A stretch of DNA of 64,000 nt, from contig OZ253462.1 of assembly GCA_965261395.1 (NCBI GenBank), positions 1,056,001-1,120,000 of the forward strand, given 5' to 3'. Below are positions 20,826-33,144 of this stretch, piece by piece. The DNA comes from Candidatus Latescibacterota bacterium (GTDB lineage: Bacteria > Latescibacterota > UBA2968 > UBA8231). Position 1 is the stretch's first letter. Each line of letters opens with the position of its first letter. A model generated the notes under the pieces. It ran no database searches. It had not been told where the DNA came from and was given only the letters and a program-made list of their open reading frames with translations. A program made the position numbers and the translations under genes.

Positions 20826-21578
20826 ATGTTCAAGCGCAGTAACATTACCGTAATCATCATTCCGGAAAAGGGTCGCAAGACCTTTGAGTTTAAGATCTCC
20901 GGCACACGCGTGTGGTTGCTGGGGTTGTGCTGCGTCGCCTTGCTTGTGTTCATGCCCCTGGGGCTTAGCTCCTATCTCGACCGGCGCGAGCTAGCGCAGA
21001 AGGCGGCACAGCTAGAGCAGGACAAGGCCCTGCTCGAAGAGCAAGTAGGCCAGATAGATCAGCTCGAAGAAATGCTGGTCCGGCTCAAGCACGGCAACGA
21101 TCAGTTGCGCTCCATCTTAGGCAAGCCCGAAGCACTAGACGAGGCGGCGACGCAGCTCAGCGCAGCTCCCCCTTATATCTCCTCCATGCAGCGGCTGTGT
21201 TGGGGCAACGTGCATACCGTCCCCACTTTGTGGCCGTCGCGCGGGCCAGTGCTTAGGCCCTTTAGCGAGGAGCACCCCTCGGTTGTTATTGCTGCGGCCG
21301 CGGGCAGCTCGGTAAGGGCCAGTGCCGCGGGCCAAGTGATGCAAGCGGGCTACGAAGAGGACCTCGGCTACGTAGTGATTCTCGACCATGGCAATGGTCT
21401 ACTGACCCAATACGGATACAACGCTCACCTGCTCGTCGATGTGGGGGACCACGTGCTCAAGGGGCAGTCTATCGCGCTCTTGGACAGGGGACGTGGATCT
21501 CGGAGGCCGGGGTTGCACTACGCCGTTCGAGAGGATGGGCAGTTCCGCGACCCCTTGATCTACCGATTGTGGATGTGA
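20826..21578 (+). CDS. M23/LytM family protein with TM helix and coiled coil (degenerate active site)
   Basis: PTLWP..G, VRASAAGQV, VILDHGNGLLTQYG, GDHVLKGQ, DPL. Confidence 0.8.
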   Translation: MFKRSNITVIIIPEKGRKTFEFKISGTRVWLLGLCCVALLVFMPLGLSSYLDRRELAQKAAQLEQDKALLEEQVGQIDQLEEMLVRLKHGNDQLRSILGKPEALDEAATQLSAAPPYISSMQRLCWGNVHTVPTLWPSRGPVLRPFSEEHPSVVIAAAAGSSVRASAAGQVMQAGYEEDLGYVVILDHGNGLLTQYGYNAHLLVDVGDHVLKGQSIALLDRGRGSRRPGLHYAVREDGQFRDPLIYRLWM

Positions 21579-21591
21579 GAAGGGGTAGGAC

Positions 21592-21629
21592 AAAAAAAGG
21601 CTCGCTGCCAAAGAAGCAGCGAGCCTTTT
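21592..21629. terminator. Bidirectional intrinsic terminator between M23 gene and groEL
   Basis: AAAAAAAGGCTCGCTGC-CAAAGAA-GCAGCGAGCCTTTT. Confidence 0.88.
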
Positions 21630-21648
21630 CTATTTGCGAGAGGAAGAG

Positions 21649-23307
<1,659 letters not shown>

Positions 23308-23346
23308 TTAGTGGTGAATGGATGAAAAGTTCATTTCCACAAGAAT

Positions 23347-23373
23347 TTGGCACTCAAAAAAAGAGAGTGCCAA
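23347..23373. promoter_or_regulatory. CIRCE element (HrcA operator)
   Basis: TTGGCACTC-N9-GAGTGCCAA between promoter and groEL start. Confidence 0.93.
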
Positions 23374-23393
23374 AAATCAAAGCTGAGTGGTTG

Positions 23394-23422
23394 AATATAG
23401 AAAATACGTCGTTTTTATGCAA
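23394..23422 (-). promoter_or_regulatory. Sigma70-type promoter of groEL
   Basis: TTGCAT-N17-TATATT on the minus strand just upstream of the CIRCE. Confidence 0.65.
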
Positions 23423-23446
23423 GAATAATCTCTGTCTGGATCGTGC

Positions 23447-23468
23447 ATGAATGAAACGCGTGTTTGCC
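23447..23468 (+). repeat. Left copy of duplicated lipB 5' end
   Basis: ATGAATGAAACGCGTGTTTGCC versus ATGCATGAAACGCGCGTTTGCC at 27410-27431 (20/22 identical). Confidence 0.8.
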
Positions 23469-23575
23469 TAATGCACGGGCGAGGATCGATGCGGTGGGGG
23501 TGGCCCATTGAGAGCGGAAGTAATGCGTATCGCCAGCCTATAGATACCCGTGAGCCGAAGCGGGTGTCGCCATGG

Positions 23576-26339
23576 TCATCGAGGAACTACGACGACCTCG
23601 CTAGCCGAAGAGCAGTTGTTTTGGATATCGCTCTCGCCACTGACGGGCTGTACACAGGCACCATAGTAGTAGGTCCCCGGACTCGACGGTGCTGTCAGCC
23701 GGATCAATTTGAAAATCGTGCTTGGGGCGGCCAATCCGCTCACCGTGCCCGTGCCTACCTCGGTGTCGTCGGTGGTGATCGTCGAGTCGGTAGAGAGATA
23801 GTAGCGCACTGTCGTCGGTGGTGCCGGTGCGTTACCTCGGTTGTGGATCGCGACCGACAGAGTGAAGGATTGGCTTGAGGCTGGGTTGGGCGGGTTCACC
23901 GAAGGCGACGCGGCTACCAGATCTGGGGCGTCTGGGACGGCGATGTCTAAAGCCAAGCCTACCGGTTCACTCAATCCGGTGACGAGGTCCTCGACCCGGG
24001 TCCCGTCTAGGTTTGCGCGCTGAATTTTGTTAGTTCCTATGTCCGTCCAATACACCTTGGCTCCGGCCGGGTCGAGAGCCAGTCCTTTTCTTGGTCTACC
24101 CAATCCGTCCAGTACATCTTACCCCCGGTGACATCCAAAGCCAAGCCGCTTGGAGTCTCTAACCCAGCGGTGACGAGGTCTTCGATCTGGGAACCGTCTA
24201 GGTTTGCCCGCTGGATCTTTCCAGTTCCCCAATCCGTCCAGTACATCTTACCTTGGCTCTCGGGTACGGGCACTGTCACTTTCACCCCGAAGGTCCGCGT
24301 GGTGGTCGCGCCGCTGGCATCACTCGCCGTCACCGTCACCGTGGCGTCCCCCAGCCTTACCGGGCTGATCGTCAACTGGTGGCCGGACACGCTCACCGTC
24401 GCCACGCTGGGGGAGTCCGACTGCGCCTCATAGATGACTTCAGTCCCTTCTGGGTCGCGGGCGACCAAGTCAATGCGAAGGAGTTCTCCCTCTGCAACAC
24501 TCTGCTTGCCGATGCCGTCTAGCACCGGCGGGCGATTCACACGGACCTCCGGCATGTCGGCCAAGTCTAGGGCCAGACCCCGTGGAGAGCGCAGTCCAGT
24601 GGCGAGGAGTTCTTCGACTTGGGACCCGTCGAGGTTGGCCCGGAGGATCCTGCCAATGCTCTCATCCGACCAAGCGCCTTCCGTCCAGTACATCTTCCCC
24701 TCGGAAAGCACTAGGACGAGGCTCCCTGTATTATTCGGTCTCCTGATGAGTTCTTCGACTTGTGATCCGTCGAAGTTGGCGCGCTGAATCTTGTTCGTGA
24801 TCCAATCCGCCCAGTACATCTTGCCTTCGGCCACGTCCAGAGCCAGTCCCCATGGGCCTCTCAATCCGGTGGTTATGAGAGCTTCGACTCGTGAGCCATC
24901 GAGATTCGCCCGATGGATCTTATTCGTTCCGTAGTCCGTCCAGTACATCTTTTCTCCGGCGACATCTAGGGCCAGACCAGCTATCTGAAATAATCCGGTA
25001 GTGATGAGATCTTCGACCTGGGATCCGTCTAGATTTGCCCGCTGAGTCTTGGGCCCCCTCCAACTGGCGTTCGCCCAGTACATCTTTCCTCCGGCCACGT
25101 CCAGGGCTAGGCTCCATATACTGTATAATCCAGTCACAAGGTCTTCGATTTGGGATCCGTCGAGATTGGCGCGCTTGATTTTGTCGGTGAGCCTGTCCGT
25201 CCAGTACATCTTTCCTCCGGCCACGTCCAGAGCGAGGTCCGTCGGCTCCTCCAATCCGGTGGTGACGAGATCCTCGACCTGGGACCCGTCTAGGTCCGCC
25301 CGCTGAATCTTAGCCGTCCACCGGTCCACCCAGTACATCTTGCCCTCGGCGACAACGACCACCGGGGTGCCGATTCCCGGCGGCAACGAAGGGTCGGTCG
25401 GATTGACGCTATAAGTGGCGATGAGATAAGCGTCGGTGATGTCGATGCGGCCGTCGCGATTCACATCGCCTAGGGAGATGTCGCCATTGTTTGGGATGGT
25501 GATGGAGGGATCGAGGCTGTACAACCCCACTAGAATAGAAGCGCGTCAAAAATGTCAACTTGGCCATTGGCATCTACGTCGCCCCAGATCCTGTCACTTG
25601 TGGTCACCTTCATCGCGGCCGGGCTGGTGGCGCTGTCTCGTGCTTCGACTACTATCTCCACTGGCCCGACGCCGGTCCGGAAATCCGGGTCCACATGGGT
25701 GAGCACATCGCGGCCCGAGACGGTCAGCCCGTAGGTCGGCTCGGGTGCCGCTAATCTTGTCGGAGGTTCGGCGGCGACCGCCGCTCCCGGAGCACTGACT
25801 GGACCATCGATGAGCACCATCCGCCGGGTCTCACTTGGTCCGGTCCCACGAATGCGGTAGAGATAAAGCCCCGCCGCCACAGCGCGACCGGCTGCATCTG
25901 TGCCGTGCCAAGTCGTCGTGTGCCAGCCGGCTGGCTGTTCCCCATCTACCAAGGTAGCGACGTGTTGCCCAAGCACATTGAAGACCTCCAGCCGCACGTG
26001 AGTCAGTGCCGGTAGCTGGTAGGGGATAATCGTCGAAGGATTGAAAGGATTGGGATAATTCTGTAGTAGCGCGAAGCCTTGAGGTTGGGCGTCGGCTGAG
26101 CGGGGAGCGGCCAACGCAAAGTACCCTTCCTCATTCGCAGTGGTGCCGACCGAGTGGCGCGGATCGATTAGATCGAAAAGCCGCACCTGCACTCCGGCCG
26201 CCGGCTGCCCGGAAGCCAGCCGCACCCAGCCCTCAAGCTGCGGCTCGGGTGCTATCGCCCCACTGCGCCCGCTCAACAACACCAGCCCGAGGAGACCTCC
26301 GATCACCAAGTTCACAACTTGCTGACTCCGTGCGCTCAT
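23576..26339 (-). pseudogene. Secreted FlgD-Ig + dockerin + YWTD (LDL-receptor class B) propeller + Ig-like + CARDB protein, broken in two places
   Basis: NYPNPFNP domain, GDVDANG/GDVNRDG pair, nine KMYWxD-type repeats, PDLV..CARDB; 5-bp duplication near 25531-25540 and a deletion frameshift near 24095. Confidence 0.85.
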
Positions 26340-26401
26340 AGCTTCTAGCTCCTTGTTGTCCACACCCAAAGGAGCAGTGCAGATGATGTGTGTATTGAAT
26401 A

Positions 26402-27205
26402 CTAATCGAGCAAGCTCTGAAGCTCGGGTGGCAAGCCTTGGCGCAATGAGTCGGGAAAGTCGTCGCGGTACTTGGTTCTGCGCACCAGTTCCACTAAGCG
26501 AGCCGCTGAGGGGTGGTAGAACGAGGTGAAATATACGTAGCGGGGCCGATCCGTCCGGTTGGGAGAACTGGCGTGATAACACAGGGGATTGAAGACGATG
26601 AGGTCTCCATCGTTGGCGCAAATTTCGATGCCGTCGTCGTCATTTGCTTCGGGGACTGAGGCGGTGTGACTGTGAATGGGTTGCCGTCCCTCCGGTCGCT
26701 CTGCATTATCGCTGGCTTCAAGAGACAACTTGTGTGAGCCGGGCACGATCATAAACGCGGCCCCTCCGGCGGAAACCGTGCTACAGTAATGCAGCATCTG
26801 GTAATAGACCTGCCGCGGTCTGGCTGCAAACTCTGCGCGGCAAAAGGCTGCGTCAATGTGCCATTGTGGAGCTTGGTATGGCGGCGGCGAAGGATCGCTG
26901 CGGATGAAAACTTGTTCGCGCATGCGAAGATCGCGCGACCCGATCAATGTTGCAGCGAGTTCGAGGGTCGCAGGATTGTTCACTAAGCGGGACATGATCG
27001 CCCCTGGAATGGGATGCCGCAGACCGTGCCTAGCGGCGTTGTGATCACCGGACACAATGGGGCCTACGAGGCTGTCGATATGAGCGCGAACTGCGGCAGT
27101 GGTAGCGCGGTCGAGGTACTCGGGGAACACGGTGTACCCTTGGATCTCCAACTCCTGCAACCGGGTGCTGAGATCAGTCAACTCGGGATAGGCGTCGCTC
27201 TCCAT
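26402..27205 (-). CDS. PhyH family Fe(II)/2OG dioxygenase
   Basis: QGYTVF, WHID, VPGSHK, GDLIVFNP..YHASSPN..RPR. Confidence 0.87.
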   Translation of the reverse strand: MESDAYPELTDLSTRLQELEIQGYTVFPEYLDRATTAAVRAHIDSLVGPIVSGDHNAARHGLRHPIPGAIMSRLVNNPATLELAATLIGSRDLRMREQVFIRSDPSPPPYQAPQWHIDAAFCRAEFAARPRQVYYQMLHYCSTVSAGGAAFMIVPGSHKLSLEASDNAERPEGRQPIHSHTASVPEANDDDGIEICANDGDLIVFNPLCYHASSPNRTDRPRYVYFTSFYHPSAARLVELVRRTKYRDDFPDSLRQGLPPELQSLLD

Positions 27206-27409
27206 GGTCGAATTCTCCCTACTTTCTCAGGAATTGGTTTGTTACTGCTGAAAGGAATCCAGCAGTGATCTGACGAGCATGAGCGGTTCCTTGGCGAAGA
27301 AAGTATATTGTGAGAGGCGATTGGGGAAAAGGCTTTACACGGCATACTTCTAACCCAGATTCTGCCTCCGAGCCAGTCCCTTAGTCGGCTTAAAAAAAGA
27401 AACCACCTA

Positions 27410-28087
27410 ATGCATGAAACGCGCGTTTGCCGAGTCGGGCGGATCGATTTCGCTCGGGCTTGGGCTTGGCAAGAGTCGTTGCGCCAATTGCGGCGCGCCG
27501 AGCAAATTCCGGACACGCTGATGCTGGTCGAGCACCCGCCAACGTATACTGGCGGACGGGCGACGCTACCCGAGCATCTCCTAACCCAGGGGCTAGATGT
27601 GGTCGCGATTGACCGCGGGGGCAGCGTGACGTTTCACGGGCCGGGCCAGATCGTGGCCTATCCGATCGTCGATCTGCGCCAGCGCGGTCGGGACGTACAT
27701 CAGTACTTGCGCGATTTGGAGGCCGTGCTGATCCGCACGTTGGGTGTCTATGGTTTGGAGGGAGAGGCACGTCGCGGCTTGACGGGCGCTTGGGTCGGCT
27801 CGTCCAAGGTGGCGTCGATCGGCGTCAACGTGCGGCACTGGATCACGACACACGGTCTGGCCCTGAATGTGGCTACCGACTTGAGCCACTTTGCGGCGAT
27901 CAAGCCCTGCGGCTTGGGGAGCGAGGAGATAACTACGATGGCCGCGCTTTTGGGACACGCGTTGGATCGGAGCGAAGTCGAGTCCGAACTTTTGCGCGCC
28001 TATGCCGACGTATTCGCTTGCGAGTTGGTCGAGGTCGAGCGCAGCGCCTTGGCGGCTTGCATTGGCCGTCTCGAGTGGAATCCTTAG
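27410..28087 (+). CDS. lipB: Octanoyltransferase
   Basis: EHPPTYTGG, DRGGSVTFHGPGQIVAYP, KVASIG, HGLALN, PCG. Confidence 0.96.
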   Translation: MHETRVCRVGRIDFARAWAWQESLRQLRRAEQIPDTLMLVEHPPTYTGGRATLPEHLLTQGLDVVAIDRGGSVTFHGPGQIVAYPIVDLRQRGRDVHQYLRDLEAVLIRTLGVYGLEGEARRGLTGAWVGSSKVASIGVNVRHWITTHGLALNVATDLSHFAAIKPCGLGSEEITTMAALLGHALDRSEVESELLRAYADVFACELVEVERSALAACIGRLEWNP

Positions 28088-28186
28088 ATTCAAAAGCCGC
28101 AACAGGCAGGCCCCGAGCGCAGCCACAGCGGTCGAACCGGGCCGATTATTCCTTAAACAAACAAAAGACACGAGGAGTTTTGTACT

Positions 28187-29440
28187 ATGGCCGATTGGCA
28201 GCCCAAGGCCCCCGCAAATGGCGAAAAAATAACCTTAGTGGATGGCGCGCTCAGTGTTCCAGACCAGCCCATCATCCCCTTTATTGAAGGCGACGGCACT
28301 GGGCCGGATATCTGGGCAGCGGCCGTGCGAGTCTTTGACGCGGCGGTCGAGAAGGCGTATGGCGGTCAGCGGAGGATCGCTTGGATGGAGGTTTTGGCCG
28401 GTGGGAAGGCATTTGAGCAGACCGCTAGCTGGCTGCCCAACGCCACGGTGGAGGCCTTCAATACCTATCTGGTCGGCATCAAAGGGCCGCTGACGACGCC
28501 GGTCGGCGGCGGGATCCGCAGCCTCAACGTGGCTTTGCGCCAGATGCTCGACCTCTATGTGTGTCTGCGCCCCGTGCGCTACTTCAGCGGTGTGCCCTCG
28601 CCGGTGCGGCAACCCGAGCTGGTGGATATGGTCATCTTCCGCGAGAATACCGAAGACATCTACGCCGGGATCGAGTTTGAACAAGGCACGGACGACAACG
28701 CGCGCTTTAAGTCGCTGCTTGCAGAGCACTTCGCTGATCGCTACGGCAAGATTCGCTTTCCAGATACCGCTGGCTTGGGCGTCAAGCCGATCTCACAAGA
28801 GGGCACCGAGCGGCTGGTCCGCGCCGCCATTGACTACGCCGCTGCCCAAGGCCGCGATAGCGTCACCTTGGTACACAAAGGCAACATCATGAAGTTCACC
28901 GAAGGGGCCTTCCGCGACTGGGGCTACGAGGTGGCGCAAAAGGCCTATGGCGGCGAAGAGATCGACGGCGGCCCTTGGACTAGCATCGTCGTTGACGGCA
29001 CCCAAATCACCGTCAAAGATGTGATCGCCGACGCCTTTTTACAGCAGATCCTCACGCGTCCAGCCGAGTACTCGGTCATCGCTACGATGAACCTCAACGG
29101 CGATTACATCAGCGACGCGCTGGCCGCCTGCGTCGGCGGCATCGGCATCGCTCCGGGCGGGAACATCAACTACACCACTGGCCACGCCATCTTTGAGGCC
29201 ACCCACGGCACCGCTCCCAAATACGCTGGCCAAGACAAGGTCAACCCCGGTTCAGTGATCCTGTCGGGCGACATGATGCTCCGCCATTTGGGCTGGACCG
29301 AGGCGGCCGACCTGATCGTCAAGGGACTGGGGCAGACGATTGCGAGCCGGGTCGTCACCTACGACTTTGCGCGATTAATGGACGAGCCGACCGAGGTCAA
29401 GTGCTCGGAGTTCGGCACCGCAATTATCGAGAACATGTAG
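28187..29440 (+). CDS. icd: NADP-dependent isocitrate dehydrogenase
   Basis: [53 protein letters not shown]. Confidence 0.98.
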   Translation: MADWQPKAPANGEKITLVDGALSVPDQPIIPFIEGDGTGPDIWAAAVRVFDAAVEKAYGGQRRIAWMEVLAGGKAFEQTASWLPNATVEAFNTYLVGIKGPLTTPVGGGIRSLNVALRQMLDLYVCLRPVRYFSGVPSPVRQPELVDMVIFRENTEDIYAGIEFEQGTDDNARFKSLLAEHFADRYGKIRFPDTAGLGVKPISQEGTERLVRAAIDYAAAQGRDSVTLVHKGNIMKFTEGAFRDWGYEVAQKAYGGEEIDGGPWTSIVVDGTQITVKDVIADAFLQQILTRPAEYSVIATMNLNGDYISDALAACVGGIGIAPGGNINYTTGHAIFEATHGTAPKYAGQDKVNPGSVILSGDMMLRHLGWTEAADLIVKGLGQTIASRVVTYDFARLMDEPTEVKCSEFGTAIIENM

Positions 29441-29919
29441 TGGCCGACGCGCTTTCTCACCTCGACGAGCAGGGCCGCCTCAAGATGGTCGATATAGGCG
29501 GCAAGGAGCCGACGGCGCGGCGGGCGCGGGTGCGCGGCGAGATCCGCATGGACCGCGCGACGGCGCGGCTAATCGCTGAGCATAAAGTTGCCAAGGGCAG
29601 CGTCTTGGAAGCAGCGCGGCTGGCCGGGATCATGGCCGCCAAGCGCACGGGGGAGTTAATCCCCTTGTGCCACCCGCTCAACCTCACTGCGGTCAGCGTA
29701 GATTTGCACGTCGGCGAGGATCGGGTCGAAGTCGAGGCGGAGGCCAAAATTGACGACCGCACGGGCGTGGAAATGGAGGCTTTGGTGGCGGCGAGCACGG
29801 CCCTTCTGACCATTTACGACATGTGCAAGGGCGTCGATCGCGGGATGGTGATTTCCGAGTTGCGACTAATGGAGAAGCGGGGAGGACGGAGCGGAACGTG
29901 GGTGCGGGAAGAGGGGTAG
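29440..29919 (+). CDS. moaC: Cyclic pyranopterin monophosphate synthase
   Basis: LSHLD..MVDI, LIPLCHP, TGVEMEAL, TIYDMCK, KRGGRSG. Confidence 0.96.
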   Translation: MADALSHLDEQGRLKMVDIGGKEPTARRARVRGEIRMDRATARLIAEHKVAKGSVLEAARLAGIMAAKRTGELIPLCHPLNLTAVSVDLHVGEDRVEVEAEAKIDDRTGVEMEALVAASTALLTIYDMCKGVDRGMVISELRLMEKRGGRSGTWVREEG

Positions 29920-30041
29920 GTTGAGCGAAAGTCGCGGAGAAGCCTACTTGGCGGATGCCTTTCTGCATCAGGCCACCTAACTGAAAGTCCGACTGAATTT
30001 TTAGGCAGTGCAACATCGCTATGTGCGTTTGACGCGTCGTC

Positions 30042-33000
30042 TCAATAAGCCACATGGACCGGAAAGATTGCCTCTTCAGCACCCCGGTCCGCCGCGATCT
30101 TGATCCGGCACAGGTAGATTCCCGGCGGCACCAACTGTCCGTGCTCGTCGCGGCCGTCCCAAGCGAAATTCCACTGACCGGCCTGCCCTAAGTCGCGTCC
30201 GGCGCGTCCTCGCAACGCCCCTGCCAAATCGTAGAAGGCGATGTCCAGCCGCCGCTCTGCCAACACCCGCAAAAGCACGAAACGGCCCTGGAGCAGATCG
30301 TTGATCCCGTCGCCATTCGGGGTAAAAACGCGGGCTACCTGCACATCGTTGATCAACTGGCGGCCGATCGTTTGCAATGAGACGCGTGCCGTACCGCTAG
30401 CGACTAGCTCGGTGGCGTCTTGCGCTTCCGCATCGACGCGCTGGAAAAAGCCCGCAGGATCAGTCGAAGAACGGGCGAAGGCAGGAAAGAGTGCCCCCTC
30501 GCGGAAGGCACGCGAGGCGAATTGCACTTCGACCAAGGCGTGGACGTCCGGGGACAGATCGGCGTTGAGCGAGGCGGGGAAGCGCAAATAAAGCGAGTCG
30601 GGGCCGGTCGGCAGAATCGCTATGGTCCGGCCATCGGCGTCCTGTAAGCGACCATCGGCGTCGGGCGTGAAGACTCGGTCGAAACGGGTCTTGACGACGC
30701 GAGTCGAAAAAATCGCCGGATCGAGATCAGAGGTCTGCCGCTCGACTTCGACTCGGCCTATGCGCACGCCCAGCGGCTCGGCTGCCTGGGGGGCGACGAT
30801 CAATATCTCGTCAACGCCGTCGCGAACGGTCGGGTCGTCGGGGTCAGGCGCGGCGAGGCGTGCGAAATATGAAAAGCGTTGCGGGGTCAGCGGGTTGATG
30901 CCCCTCGGGGGATCGTAGTCCCCAGGCTCGGCACTGAGGTCGCCAATGGGTCGCGCCGTCCCCTGTGGACTCAAAAGTGCCAGTTCACCGGCCAGTTCCA
31001 GCGCCAGCGGTGGTGCCAGATCGATGTGGAACGAGCGAATTCTCGCCGTCTTAAAGGGATCTTTAGAAGAGACCTTGAAGCGAATCTGGACGAATTTGCG
31101 CGGGCTAGGCGAGGTGATGGTGGCTTCGCTGCGGCCGTCCGTGGGCTGGTAGTTCTCGCTCCATTCGCTCCAGCCGACAAAGGCCAGTTCGCCGTCTTTG
31201 GCAAAACTAGAACGCGGTGCTCGGCGCAGTTTACGGCCGTCCTCGTCGATGAGACCGTCGCCGTCGTTGTCGATGAAGTCGATGGGATCCTCGTCGGTGC
31301 TACCGTCTGCGTCGTCGTCTTCGCGCGAGACGTGCTGCTGGCTGACGGGCAGAGTCTGCCAGTAATCCCAAGCCGCCCATTGCAGCGCTAGGGCGTCGTA
31401 GGCTTCCTTGCTTACTTCGCTTCGCTCTTCAGTACCGCCAATCTTGACTACTTCAAAATAGGTGAAGTTGGTGTCAGTATGGTCGGAAGTGCGGGTTTGA
31501 ATATCGAGGCGAATTTCGGGGTGCTGGTCCAACGGCTCGATGCGCTCGACGATTTGGCCGGTGAGGGGGTCTTCGTCTTGTACGACAGCGGCGGCGCTCC
31601 ATGCGATCCGCGGCAGGGTCTTGCGCACGAAGTTGCCGCGGGCGTCGGTGAGGCGAATCGGCGGCGAGTGCAGCGAGATATTGACCGGGTAGCCGACGCC
31701 GTAGAGCTGCATTTCGGCGAGACGGCCGCCATCGCCGCCTTCGCCGCCGAACAGGTTGCGGACCTGCATAAAGCGAATCTTGCGCGGCGCGAACTCCTCG
31801 CCGAACATCAGCACCCTAGCTTGGCGGTTGTCGAACTTATCCTCGCTGATGATGTCGTGCCACAGCAACGCCTCTTCGAGTTGGTCGAAGTCCTCGGCGG
31901 TGGCCAGTTGCACGGGTTTGACTTGGGTGCCGTCGGAGACGAGGAATCCATGACCAGAGAAGGCCGTGTTGTTGCGCTGACGGCGCGTCACCACGTAGAG
32001 CCCATCGATCCAGAAGGTTGCACCCAGGTCCAGCCACATGGTGCCGCGAACGATGGTTGGATTGTAGCCCCAAGCCGTCCACTCGGTCTGGTAGAGTCCA
32101 TCGGTGGCTTGATTGGGCGTGCCCCGACCGCCTATTTCGTAGGAGTCCCCGGCGCGTTGTCGCGGATTGAGGGCTAGGTTGTCCCCCTTGGTCCAGACCT
32201 GTATTTCGGCAACGCGCGGCACTTCGCGCTCGAAGTAGCGGATAGGTCCCCGTTGCGCTTCGGACACGTCGTTGAAATAGGTGTCCTCGTCGATCTCGAT
32301 GAGGAAGCTCCCCGCCGTCAGGCGTTGGTGGACCACCGCGCCCCGCCGCTCAGGCGATAACGCCTGATAGGTGCCGAAGCCGGCGTCCCCCTCGCCGACG
32401 AAGTGGTGGCGTTCGAGATCGGACTCGGTAATTTTCAGGCGTATGTACTGAAGAAAAGATCCTCGCAGATCCGGCTGTCCGTCCAGATTGAAGTCGGCGC
32501 GCAAAAGAGGCGCGATAGGATAGGACTGCCGCACTAGGCCATCGGCCCCAGGAGGGGGCAAGTCCGTCGCTTTGGTCTCGGCCACTAGTGAGAAACTGAG
32601 ACTATTGCCGTCGGGAAAGGGAAATGGCTCTCCGAGGGAGACGAGGAGCGAGAACGCCTTGGGCGCGTCCCCAGCGGGAAAGGAGACAGTGATGCTGTCA
32701 ACGAAGGCTAGACGGCCGAGATCGACTAGCAATTCCCAATTGCGCAGCCCTTCGGCGGAAAAATCCGCGGCAGCAGGCTCCCAGAAGGTGTCTAGGTCGC
32801 CGTCAATGAGCCGTGGCGCAATGCGATCATTGCTCAGCGCTGTGGCTCCGCCCCGTACGGTCTTGCCGTCGGTGCGCACGGCATCGAGGTAGCTGAACTG
32901 CCCGGCGGAGAGGGCGGCGTTGGCCACCTGTGCGACGAGCCGGGGTTGCACGCCGTCGTCCGACAATAAGAATAGACCAGTGGAGTCGGCCCGCTCGTTG

Positions 33001-33143
33001 AGGGTGCGCACTACGTCGTTTTGGAATATCCACTCGCGCCAGTGCTCGCTGCGGTCAACGCGGATGGCGTCCGCAGTTAGGCGGTAGCCCTGGCCGCAGA
33101 CGGCCGTGGCGAGGATCAGGACGGCGAGGATCGGGCGCATCAC
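30042..33143 (-). CDS. Large secreted protein with C-terminal FlgD-Ig/T9SS type B-like domain
   Basis: Signal peptide; LIDGDLDTFW; DxDGDG..DED repeats; VFTPNGDGIND..WDGRD..PGIYL. Confidence 0.82.
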   Translation of the reverse strand: MMRPILAVLILATAVCGQGYRLTADAIRVDRSEHWREWIFQNDVVRTLNERADSTGLFLLSDDGVQPRLVAQVANAALSAGQFSYLDAVRTDGKTVRGGATALSNDRIAPRLIDGDLDTFWEPAAADFSAEGLRNWELLVDLGRLAFVDSITVSFPAGDAPKAFSLLVSLGEPFPFPDGNSLSFSLVAETKATDLPPPGADGLVRQSYPIAPLLRADFNLDGQPDLRGSFLQYIRLKITESDLERHHFVGEGDAGFGTYQALSPERRGAVVHQRLTAGSFLIEIDEDTYFNDVSEAQRGPIRYFEREVPRVAEIQVWTKGDNLALNPRQRAGDSYEIGGRGTPNQATDGLYQTEWTAWGYNPTIVRGTMWLDLGATFWIDGLYVVTRRQRNNTAFSGHGFLVSDGTQVKPVQLATAEDFDQLEEALLWHDIISEDKFDNRQARVLMFGEEFAPRKIRFMQVRNLFGGEGGDGGRLAEMQLYGVGYPVNISLHSPPIRLTDARGNFVRKTLPRIAWSAAAVVQDEDPLTGQIVERIEPLDQHPEIRLDIQTRTSDHTDTNFTYFEVVKIGGTEERSEVSKEAYDALALQWAAWDYWQTLPVSQQHVSREDDDADGSTDEDPIDFIDNDGDGLIDEDGRKLRRAPRSSFAKDGELAFVGWSEWSENYQPTDGRSEATITSPSPRKFVQIRFKVSSKDPFKTARIRSFHIDLAPPLALELAGELALLSPQGTARPIGDLSAEPGDYDPPRGINPLTPQRFSYFARLAAPDPDDPTVRDGVDEILIVAPQAAEPLGVRIGRVEVERQTSDLDPAIFSTRVVKTRFDRVFTPDADGRLQDADGRTIAILPTGPDSLYLRFPASLNADLSPDVHALVEVQFASRAFREGALFPAFARSSTDPAGFFQRVDAEAQDATELVASGTARVSLQTIGRQLINDVQVARVFTPNGDGINDLLQGRFVLLRVLAERRLDIAFYDLAGALRGRAGRDLGQAGQWNFAWDGRDEHGQLVPPGIYLCRIKIAADRGAEEAIFPVHVAY

Positions 33144-33144
33144 G

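Larger units (their letters stand above)
23447..27431. mobile_element. Putative 4-kb insertion at the lipB 5' end (no integrase seen)
   Basis: Bounded by the 22-bp imperfect direct repeat; contains only accessory genes. Confidence 0.55.

Noticed and set aside
23940-25345. Regularly spaced repeats such as CCAGTACATCTT resembling a CRISPR array
   Set aside because: They are coding KMYW repeats of the YWTD propeller; no cas genes or unique spacers.
29920-30041. Possible ncRNA or IS remnant between moaC and the convergent gene
   Set aside because: No recognisable stem pattern, terminal inverted repeat or riboswitch consensus.
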